Assembly: GCA_965649765.1 (NCBI GenBank)
Contig: OZ287748.1
Span: 73,780,001-73,844,000, forward strand
Reading direction: 5' to 3'
DNA: 64,000 nucleotides
DNA from: Bispira polyomma
Lineage: Eukaryota
Shown: one piece after another, positions 25,857 to 36,493 of the stretch
Position numbering within the stretch: position 1 is the stretch's first letter
How the letters are laid out: every line of letters starts with the position of its first letter
Position numbers and translations under genes: made by a program
Notes under the pieces: generated by a model
The model's database searches: none
Seen by the model: the letters and a program-made list of their open reading frames with translations, nothing else
Told to the model about the DNA's origin: nothing

Positions 25857-25951
25857 TAAGATGATGGTAAATATTATCAAATATTCATGAAAATAATATT
25901 CTCCCAACTTTTTTTGCAACCGTTTCCAAGAAAAGCGAACTTGATAATAAG

Positions 25952-25974
25952 ATGACGTCATGCGTCACGTGACG
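25952..25974. promoter_or_regulatory. Adjacent palindromic CRE (ATGACGTCAT) and E-box (CGTCACGTGACG)
   Basis: Perfect palindromes ~100 bp upstream of the ATG at 25856 of the orphan gene. Confidence 0.5.
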
Positions 25975-26495
25975 GTGTAAAATATTCTCCGCGACGTACC
26001 GAAAGAATTGTGCGCAAACATTTTGCAAGTTGTAAATGTGTAACGTTAATAATTGTGATTGTGTAACGTCAATTGTGACTTTATGACAAAAATAAATGTG
26101 TAACGTCAACAATTGTGACTTTACAACAAAAATAAACGAGAGTACAATATGTGTTAGTGCTTGAGTCAAGTTTTGAATAACATTACGCTAAACTCGGCTT
26201 AGAACTATTTATTGTACATATGCATGGCAAAACGCATAACGTCCTCTTTTAGGCCTAGTACAAAGATTAACTGTTTGTCGTCAGTTTTTCTTGACATAAT
26301 GCCCCGCATACAATCCTGCTTATCAGTGTACCCAGCATCAGTCAAAAACAGGTTGAAATAATGCCTTAACAGTCGTGTATAATTGTGGGGCCAAAACTCG
26401 CCATGATTGCAACTGAAAAACGAAACATAAGGGTAATATCCAGCTGTTGTCTGTGAATCAGACACGGTTTGGTGGGGACAGAGAGTGGGGTATTA

Positions 26496-26515
26496 GGGGC
26501 GGAAGTCTGACGTCA
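26496..26515 (+). promoter_or_regulatory. Overlapping GC box, ETS site and CRE
   Basis: GGGGCGGAAGTCTGACGTCA. Confidence 0.5.
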
Positions 26516-28440
26516 TAAACACCTATTTTTTTGTTTTTTGTGACGTGACACACCACATATTTCTAAGGTTGAAGATTATTTTGTTGTTGAGAAAATTGCA
26601 TATTTGACTATTTGTAAATATGAAGTCTTAACTACAAAAATTACGTCCTTTTTGTTCGTTCCTGGAACCACCATTTGTCTTAAACTTCTGCAGTCAGGTT
26701 AAAACAGTGGAAACGACATCAATATAGGTAGGACATAGATGGTTAATGTATACATGTACGAGGGCATTATGTTACCTGTCGCAAGCTCTGTGTGGATGTG
26801 ACATGCGCCAATACAGTACAAAGATAAAAAAAATATCCTCTACTATATTAACCAGGCATAAAGGTAATATGTGCTACATATTGACATTCACACAGAGGGT
26901 CTTTTTGCTTTACAATAACAGCACAGATCTGCCCTGGCTATTGGGGGGAAAGTCCATACACTAAATATGGATGTTACCATTTGATAACATGTTACAGCTC
27001 TAGTTAAATCTAATTTAGAAATTTTTTGTGTATTATGCCCCAGTCCCACCGGATTTACGTTAGTCTATGTTAACCACCAAAGGCTGTCGCAAAAATTGGA
27101 TGCAAAAATCCACACACAAGGGGGAAACCCCAGGCAGAAGTCGATTTATATTTTTTATTACGTCAAAGGCATTAACTTGCGCAGAGATCCATGTATTTGT
27201 ACGTCAACACCTGTAAAGAGTTGCACACATTTGTACGCAAATACACATAAAACGACGCACATTGACACGTTCAAGGCCATAATATTATATTAAACCACGT
27301 AATTTATTATGTTATATAGGTAATACTATTGATATAGGTAATACTACATCAATGTCTATGTATTCTTACGCTGTATGATTTGTATTACGTTAACACTCAT
27401 GTGGCTACGTCAAACCACGCTTTAGAAATAGATGTTCGCAAGTCTATGTTTTTTGGCCACATTGCTTGCCGCATCAATCTTATGTGGTTTGCGTGTCCAA
27501 ATTTCAAACGGTATCAAATTATAGATTTCTTGAATGTCATCTCTCACGTCAGATTATGTATGTTTATGTATATTACATTAGCTCCCGCAAACACCACGCA
27601 AACCCTACGCAAAATGATTTCGTTTAATGACTGCTTATGTGAAGTGCGGTGGAACTGAAGCATTACAGTAGAATTAAAGACTTTCGGTGCCAAGTTAAAA
27701 GATGGCCATTTACAATGTTGGCTGTTGCTGTTTAGAATATTGACTGTATGCTTGATGTTTTACTAGGATAAATTAATGGGGACCAAAGGTCTATTGTTAA
27801 TAGGTAAATATTATGTTAGTAAATGTAGCAAAGGAAAACAGAAAACTAGGTTTGCTATTTTGTTGTTGTTTTTTTTTGTTTATTCTAAGAGATCGTTTAG
27901 ACATTGGTAAGCAAATAGCAATAAAAACTACTCTAATTTAAACTTTAAAAACTTAAAAGTTTTGAGAGTTACTCGTGCTATATCTAATTAGTAATGATAT
28001 ATCTTTATGTGACCTTGGTAGTAAACAATTTTTGTTTTTGTCAAGGTTTGTAAGGATATACTGAATGTGTAAAAATAAATCGCATTTTGTACACCAAAAG
28101 TTAAGACTAATCACTTTTATTCTGGGGTAGTGCTTTATACAAGGTTACGTCCAAGAGTTCTATACGGCCTTGTCTAGTTGATATTTTCGTCATCGGTAAA
28201 ATAAACATTCTTTTAATAAAAGCAAAGACTTGGAAACTACATTAACTGTTAGATAAGAGGACAATCTATAAAAATGATATCACAACATAGAAGTTGATTC
28301 AATTAAAAGGCATTTAAAATGGCATTGACGGAAATATCTACTTGACAAAAATATCACAGAAGAGGGTGCAGAATCTCCCAATGTTCTCCTAATATCAAAA
28401 CGGTATCGTTTCCAATGATAAATTTTATTCCTATAAACAC

Positions 28441-28790
28441 CAATAATAATAATAATTGAAACGTTTATAAAGCACCAAATTGACGAGAACATTCTGTAAG
28501 GCGCTGATATCCAAAAAGGGTAAATTTCAGGGCCAAGCAAAATGTGGTTACCAGAAAGCATCCACCAAAAGAAGGGTGACTTAGGATGGGGATAGGCCAG
28601 TTTGAAAATTGTATTGTATTGTATTGTAGATTTTAAATGTGCATACTTGTAAAACAGTTAAAATGCATATTTAATATGAAGAGTTCCCTTAATATGTCCT
28701 TATCTATAGTGTTATTGAAAAGGTAAGTTTCAAGGTGGCTTCTTAAACCAGTGATTTTATCCTATTAAATAAAAGGCCACATGCATGGCC
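28441..28790 (-). mobile_element. Old LINE 3' end fragment (L2/CR1-like)
   Basis: Minus strand ends CAGCGCC...GTGCTTTATAAA followed by (ATT)n, with degenerate LRSHLET-like coding upstream. Confidence 0.45.
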
Positions 28791-29482
28791 ATAACCTCAT
28801 ACCACGAACAATAGGCATAATGTACACAAATAATTTTGTATTATAAATAATAATAATAGTTCTTCCAATATAAGTAATATATAGGTCAACTAGTATAAAT
28901 GATCATGTTTATATAATCAGGGATTGCATGTTCATTTATATGCTTTGTTTTAAAAAAAGTGACTTTTAGTTATAACTTAAAAATTCTTTGCTTTATGAAA
29001 TACTGGTGATTTTTCTAACAACGGTTTTCATCAATCCTCGCGTACATTATTGATAAAACCATATACCAATTTATAATTTCCCCACGAACCATAACGTCCC
29101 CAATGAGGTGATCTCGATATTACGTAGTAAACTGCTAAAAACTGTGAAATTGTGGGTATGTTTTAAAAGGGCTGTCATTAATATCTCTGCTGGGGTATAT
29201 TTATACATTAGGTGTTACATTATGTAGCCAGTATATTGTATGACATAAAATGAATATAATTTGCAATTAGAGTCTTTTCTCAAAGCGTTTTATATTACCG
29301 TACGTAGAGCTGTAACGACACACGTAGGTAAAAGTCACGGTATTGTAAAACGTTAAAAATACATATTAAACATGGAGGATCTTCTTAGTGTTGGGGGTAC
29401 AACAAGATATACCAGCTACCTAATGAAAGAAGTAAAAAATATATCTAGCGGAGATATAACGACAGGTACTTTAAAAAGACAC

Positions 29483-29810
29483 CAGCAGTTGTAGTTGATA
29501 TAGACTTTAGTACAGAGGAGATTTCAGTGTGTATTGATCCACTGGGTCCTCCTAAACACTATGACTTTGATCTGAATCTGGATATTTTTGACTGCGAAGC
29601 TTAATTTTGTTATTGTTTTGTATGTAATTAAAGTTTTTTTGGTTCTGGGTGAATCTTGTGTCTGTAGCATTATTATAAGTTGTGTATTATACATGCATGT
29701 CTAAGTTATTGAGTTGTTGTTAAGATAGTAATAAAAATATGAACTAAAGAAATACGTTATTGGATCACTTCAGCCAACTCTAGAAGCAGTTAGAAATATT
29801 TATAAACAAC
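29483..29810 (+). pseudogene. Paralog E1: 3' relic of the membrane protein gene (tail plus 3' UTR)
   Basis: AVVVDIDFSTEEISVCIDPLGPPKHYDFDLNLDIFDC then 3' UTR homology. No 5' part. Confidence 0.88.
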
Positions 29811-29818
29811 TGCTTCTT

Positions 29819-30050
29819 TTATTACCCAGCTGACAAGATTATGTTTTTAATGTTTTTTGGTCTGAGTCCGTTGGTTTGTTTGTCACGAAGATTTTTTTTT
29901 ACACAAAAAATGATTTACATGAAATTTTGTGGAGGGTTGTGTCATGGGTGAAAGAATAATCCAATAAATTGGGCAGGGCAGACCCATTTTTTTACATTTT
30001 TACTGTGCCTCAGCCTTGGCAGAGGTATGCATTCCATTGAGTGCCTTTTA
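29819..30050 (+). mobile_element. Putative non-autonomous Helitron/Helentron (HINE-like) element
   Basis: TTATTACC start, GTTTGTTTGTC, ATTTACATGAAATTT, and 3' CCTTGGCAGAGGTATGCATTCCATTGAGTGCC hairpin end. Related copies at 31772-31945 (-), 18622-18725 and 14918-14980 (-). Confidence 0.55.
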
Positions 30051-30432
30051 GATGCCGAATTGTAATACAAGTATAGATTAAAAAGAAGATTTTGAGATTT
30101 AAAATTCTATTAATTTGACAAGTTATTCAGAGACACCATCTTGTCTTATGTACTGTAAACAACAGAAATAACTCGGCTCTGCAGTAAACTTATTCAAAGG
30201 TTTGCTGCTGATGGGATTCGATCCTGGGAAAACCCCGTAAGCCAGAGTGTTTAATGCACTGATATACATGGATAGTACAATACGCAGGATTATCTGAGAC
30301 CATAATGCACTCCGACAAGTTTGTTGACATTGTATGGAAATATAAACAAAACCAAAAACCATAATCCAAATCCAAACCATAGGAATGCAGTGATAACATT
30401 GCACCCCTGGCTCATAGATAGCTAGTAGACAT

Positions 30433-30633
30433 GCGCCATATTCACAAAAGGTCTTCGTATTAACTTAATCATGAGATTTTGGTCTTAGTCCCAGTGACAT
30501 TAAGAAAAGATTGTTTGTTTCTGTTAACTTTGCACTTTACACTAAGACTAACAGTAGACAGTCTTTAATATTTGAGACAAAAATGTTAAACTTAAGACTA
30601 AGTCAAGACTTAGACCTTTTGTGAATACGGCCC
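30433..30633. mobile_element. Harbinger-like MITE with a visible empty site
   Basis: TIRs GCCATATTCACAAAAGG / CCTTTTGTGAATACGGC, flanked by CAT/CAG. The homologous segment near 14685 (reverse strand) lacks it and has a single CAG. Confidence 0.8.
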
Positions 30634-32170
30634 CAGATGAATAGTGCCTAGGATGACCATTTAAAAAATTGTTGGTCCTCTTTCACAGACTCCTACCCAA
30701 GTGGCAGAGTGATGTAGGGTTCACACCATGAGAGTATAGAGAGATGGTAAGAGATATTTTGAAAAATTCCCCTGTAGTGCGGGGAACCCTATCTATAACT
30801 TCCCTTAACTTCAGCTTCCTTCCCAAACCTTCTACAGTCGGCTATAAATTTCTTTCTTAGGATCTTATTTTACGACAGCAAAATAAATGAATGAATTGTG
30901 TTATTATATTCAATAGGTTGAATACCATAACAAGCATGTGTCCACAACGTTTGGTACATGTACAGTATGTGGACTGTAGATGCTTTTTAAAAAGTTTAGC
31001 ATCAAAAAAACAGTGTAGAAGAAGTAATTCCCATTTTTATATAATTTTTGAGGTGGTTGCTAGGATGATTATTGATTGACAGGTCAAGTTCCCTCCCCCA
31101 ACTATACTGTTTTATTGTGAAAAATACAGCCTGGGAAAAACCCACTCAAGTTCCCTCATATAAAATGACCTGAAAGCACTAATTTTATACACACAACTAC
31201 ATACACACAAGATTCTGTATGTTTGGCTTTTTATATCTAGGGGAAATGAGGAGGGGGCTTTATAGTTATTAAAGCAATCTCTGTGTGCTTGTTTAGTATC
31301 CTTAAGACAGAAATACTGTAGATTAGAAATACTGTTATTTTATTTCTGGAAGTTTCACTGTAAATATATTTTGTGTATCATTCTAAATATTTGCAAACTT
31401 GCAACAAACATTACAGTGCGACAGCCACTTCAATTATTTAAACCCCCATCATTGTCTTTAAGATGCGTACATCATATATTTTATAATTTCTCTTTTTAGC
31501 ACTTGTGACGCTGTTTTTTTTTTTTCCTTTCCATCAGGTTAGAACTCACAAACTATCAGGAGGTAAGTGTTTTTTGTCAAATAACGTGTGCAGCTTTTCG
31601 TCCATAAAACTACTTTTCACCCACATGGTCATCTGGCGATGGGGCCACAAGCGCACTTTATTCTATTCTTGTTGATAAAATTCAAAATTACTACACAACT
31701 TTCTCTTTATCTGTATTGTATTCGAATTTATACTCAGCTCAGTATATTTCTGCCTTATTTTGTACAGTAAAAAGACACTCAGTAGAGTGCTTACCTCTGC
31801 CAAGGCCTCACAGTCAAAAAAAGTGACTTCTGCCTAGATATGCTCCAATGTTTAATGTACTCCTGTCCCATTCTTTCACCACATTTCATGTAAATTAGTT
31901 CAAACAAACAGAAGTATGGCAAAAACGTTAACCTCATAAGGACAGCTAAATAAAGTAGAAGCAGTTTATCAATGTTTGTAACGGCTTCTAGAGTAGACTG
32001 AAGACCTCAAATGACAAAAAATATTTCTTGAATTCATATTTTTATAACCATCTTATAAACAACTCAATAATTTAGACATGCATGTATATCATACAACTTA
32101 TAACAATGTTATATATACACAGACAAGAGAAAACTTAACAATTACATACAAAACAATAACAACATTAATC

Positions 32171-33400
32171 TTAACAGTCAAAAATATCCAGACTCAGATC
32201 AAAGTGTGAGTGTTTAGGAGGACCCAGTGGATCAATACACACTGACATCTCCTCTCTACTGAAGTCCATATTAACTACAACTGCTGTATCCCTAAAAACA
32301 CAAGGCAAACTCTTCATTTGATCAGGCTCAGAGTGTAACATCACTTGACATTCAGATTTCTGGGTTTGAGGCTTTGTCTGTCCTTGATGTCCACCTTTAT
32401 AGATTGGTCTGTTTCTTCTGAGCTGGTTAAATCTGGACTGTCTCTTTATGATTCTAAGGAGTCGGATATGTAACCAGAGCAAAACTAGGACAGTAGCAGT
32501 GAGAGTAGACAGGAGTAGAGTCAGAACTATGACTACAGTCTGTGTATGTCTACTGCTTTCCTCTACTCTATCTACACTGTCTCTCTTCTCACCTGATGAA
32601 CTACTACTCTGCTCCTGTGTCTCTGTAGTACTAAGTACACCTGTACTATAAAGTACACTTGTACTCTCGATGTACTCAGTACTCCTATACTCAGTGACCT
32701 CCTCTGTGGTCAGTTCTTCAGTACTGGCCTCACTACTCAGACTTTCCACATTCTCTGTAGTTGTTGTAATTGTTGTTTCTGCTGCTTTTTCTGCCACTCT
32801 GTCCTTCAGGTCACTGTGCACTAGTGCTGTACTTCCCACAATGCCTTCTGGTGTCAAGGCCATAACCTTGAACTCTACATCCTCATACATGGAGTGAGTT
32901 CCTACTACATACAGTTTACTGTCAAAACTAGAAGAGTAATATCTCCACTCAGGACTGGTCTTGTGTTTGTACAGCAAGGAATATACAACTCTTCCATTGT
33001 CAAAGTCTTCATTAGTAGTCAGGTGTACATGAATGACAAAGAATGTGTTGTTGTTTATGGTCACTTCTGTGGTCAGTGTATAGTTCTCCTCTGTAGAAGT
33101 CTGCCCTTCACCCAATGAGTTAATGAAGTCACAACTGGTCTGACAGCCTCCAGAACAGATTCCGGCCTCTTGTTCACATTTCCAGGCCTGATTCTGTAGC
33201 ACTAGTCGGTGACAGGTTTGCCAGCAGTCTAGACACTCCTCACTCCTCACACAGTGCTGGTCCCTTCTAGTGGTGATCTCTCTGATGTAACAGGAGCCAC
33301 ACTGGGCTCGACACTGACTCAAGGACACAGCCTGGTCTTGGGTTACAGCTGAGGTCATAGGTGGTAAAAGTAGGACCACCAGTAGCAGAAAACCTTCCAT
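32171..33400 (-). CDS. Paralog B1: full-length type I membrane protein (409 aa)
   Basis: Intact ORF from ATG 33400, same architecture as A. Confidence 0.85.
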   Translation of the reverse strand: MEGFLLLVVLLLPPMTSAVTQDQAVSLSQCRAQCGSCYIREITTRRDQHCVRSEECLDCWQTCHRLVLQNQAWKCEQEAGICSGGCQTSCDFINSLGEGQTSTEENYTLTTEVTINNNTFFVIHVHLTTNEDFDNGRVVYSLLYKHKTSPEWRYYSSSFDSKLYVVGTHSMYEDVEFKVMALTPEGIVGSTALVHSDLKDRVAEKAAETTITTTTENVESLSSEASTEELTTEEVTEYRSTEYIESTSVLYSTGVLSTTETQEQSSSSSGEKRDSVDRVEESSRHTQTVVIVLTLLLSTLTATVLVLLWLHIRLLRIIKRQSRFNQLRRNRPIYKGGHQGQTKPQTQKSECQVMLHSEPDQMKSLPCVFRDTAVVVNMDFSREEMSVCIDPLGPPKHSHFDLSLDIFDC

Positions 33401-35054
33401 GCTTACTGCAAACAAAGGTTATGTTCAGACAATCTTAATAAAAATAATAAAGTCTCCAATAAAATCAATACACTTTGTGCTTTTAGTAGACAATACAGAT
33501 AAGTATTTATAATATAGTATTTCAACAGTAATGGTTCAGTCACAGTTGAGTGTAAGTTTGATAATGATGCAGTTACCAAGATCACAGCTTTATATACACA
33601 TAGGTCAAAAGAAGAAGTCATTCACAATTGCTATTTATTATATTAGATTGCAATCCAGCCAAGAGATCTACCTGCCTACTCATCTGGGTCTAGCCTGAGT
33701 ACATGATTCCTTGACATAGATACCTACTCAACAATTAGCAGGGTGGAGAACATATACAGTTATTTTATAATTTAATTGCAGCAGTTAGAGCAGTAATTGC
33801 AATTATTTATTTGATTACCAGACTTCTTGGCATAAATACCTACTCAGCAATTAGTAAGGGGGGAGAGTCAGTTTTATCATGAATTACTTGCAGTAATTAC
33901 AATTAGACATATAGCCTTACTGAGTTCTTAATATGATAATGTAGGTCTGTAAGGAGTTCACTTTTATAAACTGTATTACATAATTCAAATAAGTAGGGAT
34001 TTTTTCCTACTGGGAAGTTAAATTGAAATAACTCGGGGAACTTTAATAATGTAGGCAAAAATGGGAGTTCTAGTTTAATTTTGAGTTGTTGTGTTGCACA
34101 TATAAAGATGAAATAAGCATGATATCCACTTAATACAGATTGATCTAGTGGACTAGTATATTTATCTACAAAATATAACTATCTAATAAGTTAAGTTATA
34201 GCAATAAATTACAAAAAAACAATAATTAGACACCTTTAATAGTTACCATTTTGTTAGAGTTACTGAGTAATTTTCAACAGGTCATATAATTTATTAATTT
34301 GTATTTATTTATTATAGTGACAGGCAATACATACATCTATATCAAAATTGCCCAGCCCAAATGGGCTTAGAAGTCACTTTTATTTTACATTATTTTAGGT
34401 AAGATGTATAACTGGTAAAATGTACACCTTATTGCAATCAAGTAATTGAGGCACCAATGTAGGACAGTTGAACATGGAATGAAGCTCTAAACACACCTGA
34501 GTAAAGTTAACAATAAATATTTTAAAATCCACCAGAAATATACATCTTATATTATTGGGCCACATAATTCACAAAAATGGTAATACATTTTTATAACTGT
34601 ACAATCTTAAATTCCTCCTTGATTACATTGCAAAACTTACGGTACATTAATTAATTTACTTTATTTTTCAAAAATATTACATATTTATTGTGCAAATTTA
34701 TTTCTGAATATATGTATACTTCATTCATTTATTCTTTTTTATATCCTACAGCAAAATATTTTTAATTTTCAAGTTTTAAACTTTAAATTATGATTATAAC
34801 AAGAAGTCCACTAAATACAGCTGTTTATTTCCTCATTAAGATCCAGCTGATGCCAAACACAATATTGCAATCACACATTCCTACTCAGCTACAATTGCTA
34901 CAGAGTATCTATATATATACTCAGGCCCTCAAATAATTGGGGAGTAGTTATTTATGTCAAGAAATCAGTACTCAGGCAGCAGCCAGTTAAGAGTAGGGAA
35001 ATGGAAACTCAATTTAAATTGGGAGAATTCAACAAAAGAGCAAGATGACTCTGC

Positions 35055-35088
35055 TATATAAAGGGTACAAGTAGATAGTTGGTTCATT
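35055..35088 (+). promoter_or_regulatory. Putative TATA box plus initiator of paralog C1
   Basis: TATATAAA at 35055, TCATT at 35084, possible donor GTAAGC at 35109. Confidence 0.55.
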
Positions 35089-35250
35089 ATCAAACTTGCC
35101 TCCAGCATGTAAGCACATTCTCAATTAATATATGTTAAACTATTGAACAACACCTGTGAATTTAATAGCATAGGCAGTGACAAGCTTTACTATAAGTAAC
35201 GAAACCAACTAGAAAATTCAAAATTTCTATCAAGTTTTTGATAATATAAC

Positions 35251-36493
35251 ATGGAAGGTTTTCTGCTACTATTAGTCCTGCTTTTATCACCAATGACCTC
35301 AGCTGTAACCCAAGACAAAGCTGTAACCTTGAGTCAATGTCGAGCCCAGTGTAGCTCCCATTACATTAGAGAGATCACCACCAGAAGAGACCAGCCCTGT
35401 GTGAGAAGTGAGGAGTGTCTAGACTGCTGGCAAACCTGTCACCGACTAGTGCTACAGAATCAGGCCTCGAAATGTGGACAAGAGGCTGGAGTCTGTTCTG
35501 GAGGCTGTCAGACCAGTTGTGATTTTATCAGCGAAGTTATAAAATCACAGTTGAGTGAAGGGCAGAATTTTACAGAGGAGAGCTATACACTGACCACGGA
35601 AGTGACCACGAACAACAACACATTCTTTGTCATTCATGTACACCTGACTACTAATGAAGACTTTGATCATGGAAGAGTTGTATATTCCTTGCTGCACAAA
35701 CAAAAGACCAGTCCTGAGTGGAGATATTACTCATCTAGCATGGACAGTCAACTGTATGTAGTAGGAACTCACTCCATGTATGAGGATGTAGAGTTCAAGG
35801 TCATGGCCTTTACACCAGAGGGCATTGTGGGAAGTACAGCACTAGTGCACAGTGACCTGAAGGACAGAGTGGCAGAAAAAGCAGCAGAAACAACAATTAC
35901 AACAACTACAGAGAATGTGGAAAGTCTGAGTAGTGAGGCCAGTACTGAAGAACTGACCACAGAGGAGGTCACTGAGTACACAAGTAGTGAGTACATTAAG
36001 AGTACAAGTGTACTTTATAGTACAGGTGTACTTAGTACTACAGAGATACAGGAGCAGAGTAGTAGTTCATCCAGTGAGAAGAGACAGTGTAGATAGAGTA
36101 GAGGAAAGCAGTAGACATACACAGACTGTAGTCATAGTTCTGACTCTACTCCTGTCTACTCTCACTGCTACTGTCCTAGTCTTGCTTTGGTTACATATTC
36201 GTCTCCTCAGAATCATAAAGAGACAGTCCAGATTTAACCAGCTCAGAAGAAACAGACCAATCTATAAAGGTGGACATCAAGGACAGACAAAGTCTCAAAC
36301 CCAGAAATCTGCATGTCAAGTGATGTTACATGATGAACCTGATCAAATGAAGAGTTTGCCTTGTGTTTTTAGGGATACAGCAGTTGTAGTTAATATGGAC
36401 TTCAGTAGAGAGGAGATGTCAGTGTGTATTGATCCACTGGGTCCTCCTAAACACTCACACTTTGATCTGAGTCTGGATATTTTTGACTGTTAA
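35251..36493 (+). pseudogene. Paralog C1: frameshifted before the TM; ORF 35251-36096 encodes a 281 aa ectodomain-only protein
   Basis: GAGAAGAGACAG versus GAGAAGAGAGACAG in A (2 bp GA loss near 36080). TM and tail continue in another frame to 36493. Confidence 0.8.

Larger units (their letters stand above)
14983..35592. repeat. Large inverted repeat, arms ~14983-18725 and ~31845-35592
   Basis: D-spacer-A is the reverse complement of B1-spacer-C1(5'), including the 1.85 kb non-coding spacer. Confidence 0.92.

Noticed and set aside
26205-26465. 86 aa minus-strand ORF upstream of the orphan gene
   Set aside because: GTG start, no recognisable motif, and no splice link to the 4-exon model that I could support.
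35987-36493. Separate 168 aa gene (also 54084-54590)
   Set aside because: GTG-started frame that is simply the out-of-frame TM/tail of the frameshifted C paralog.
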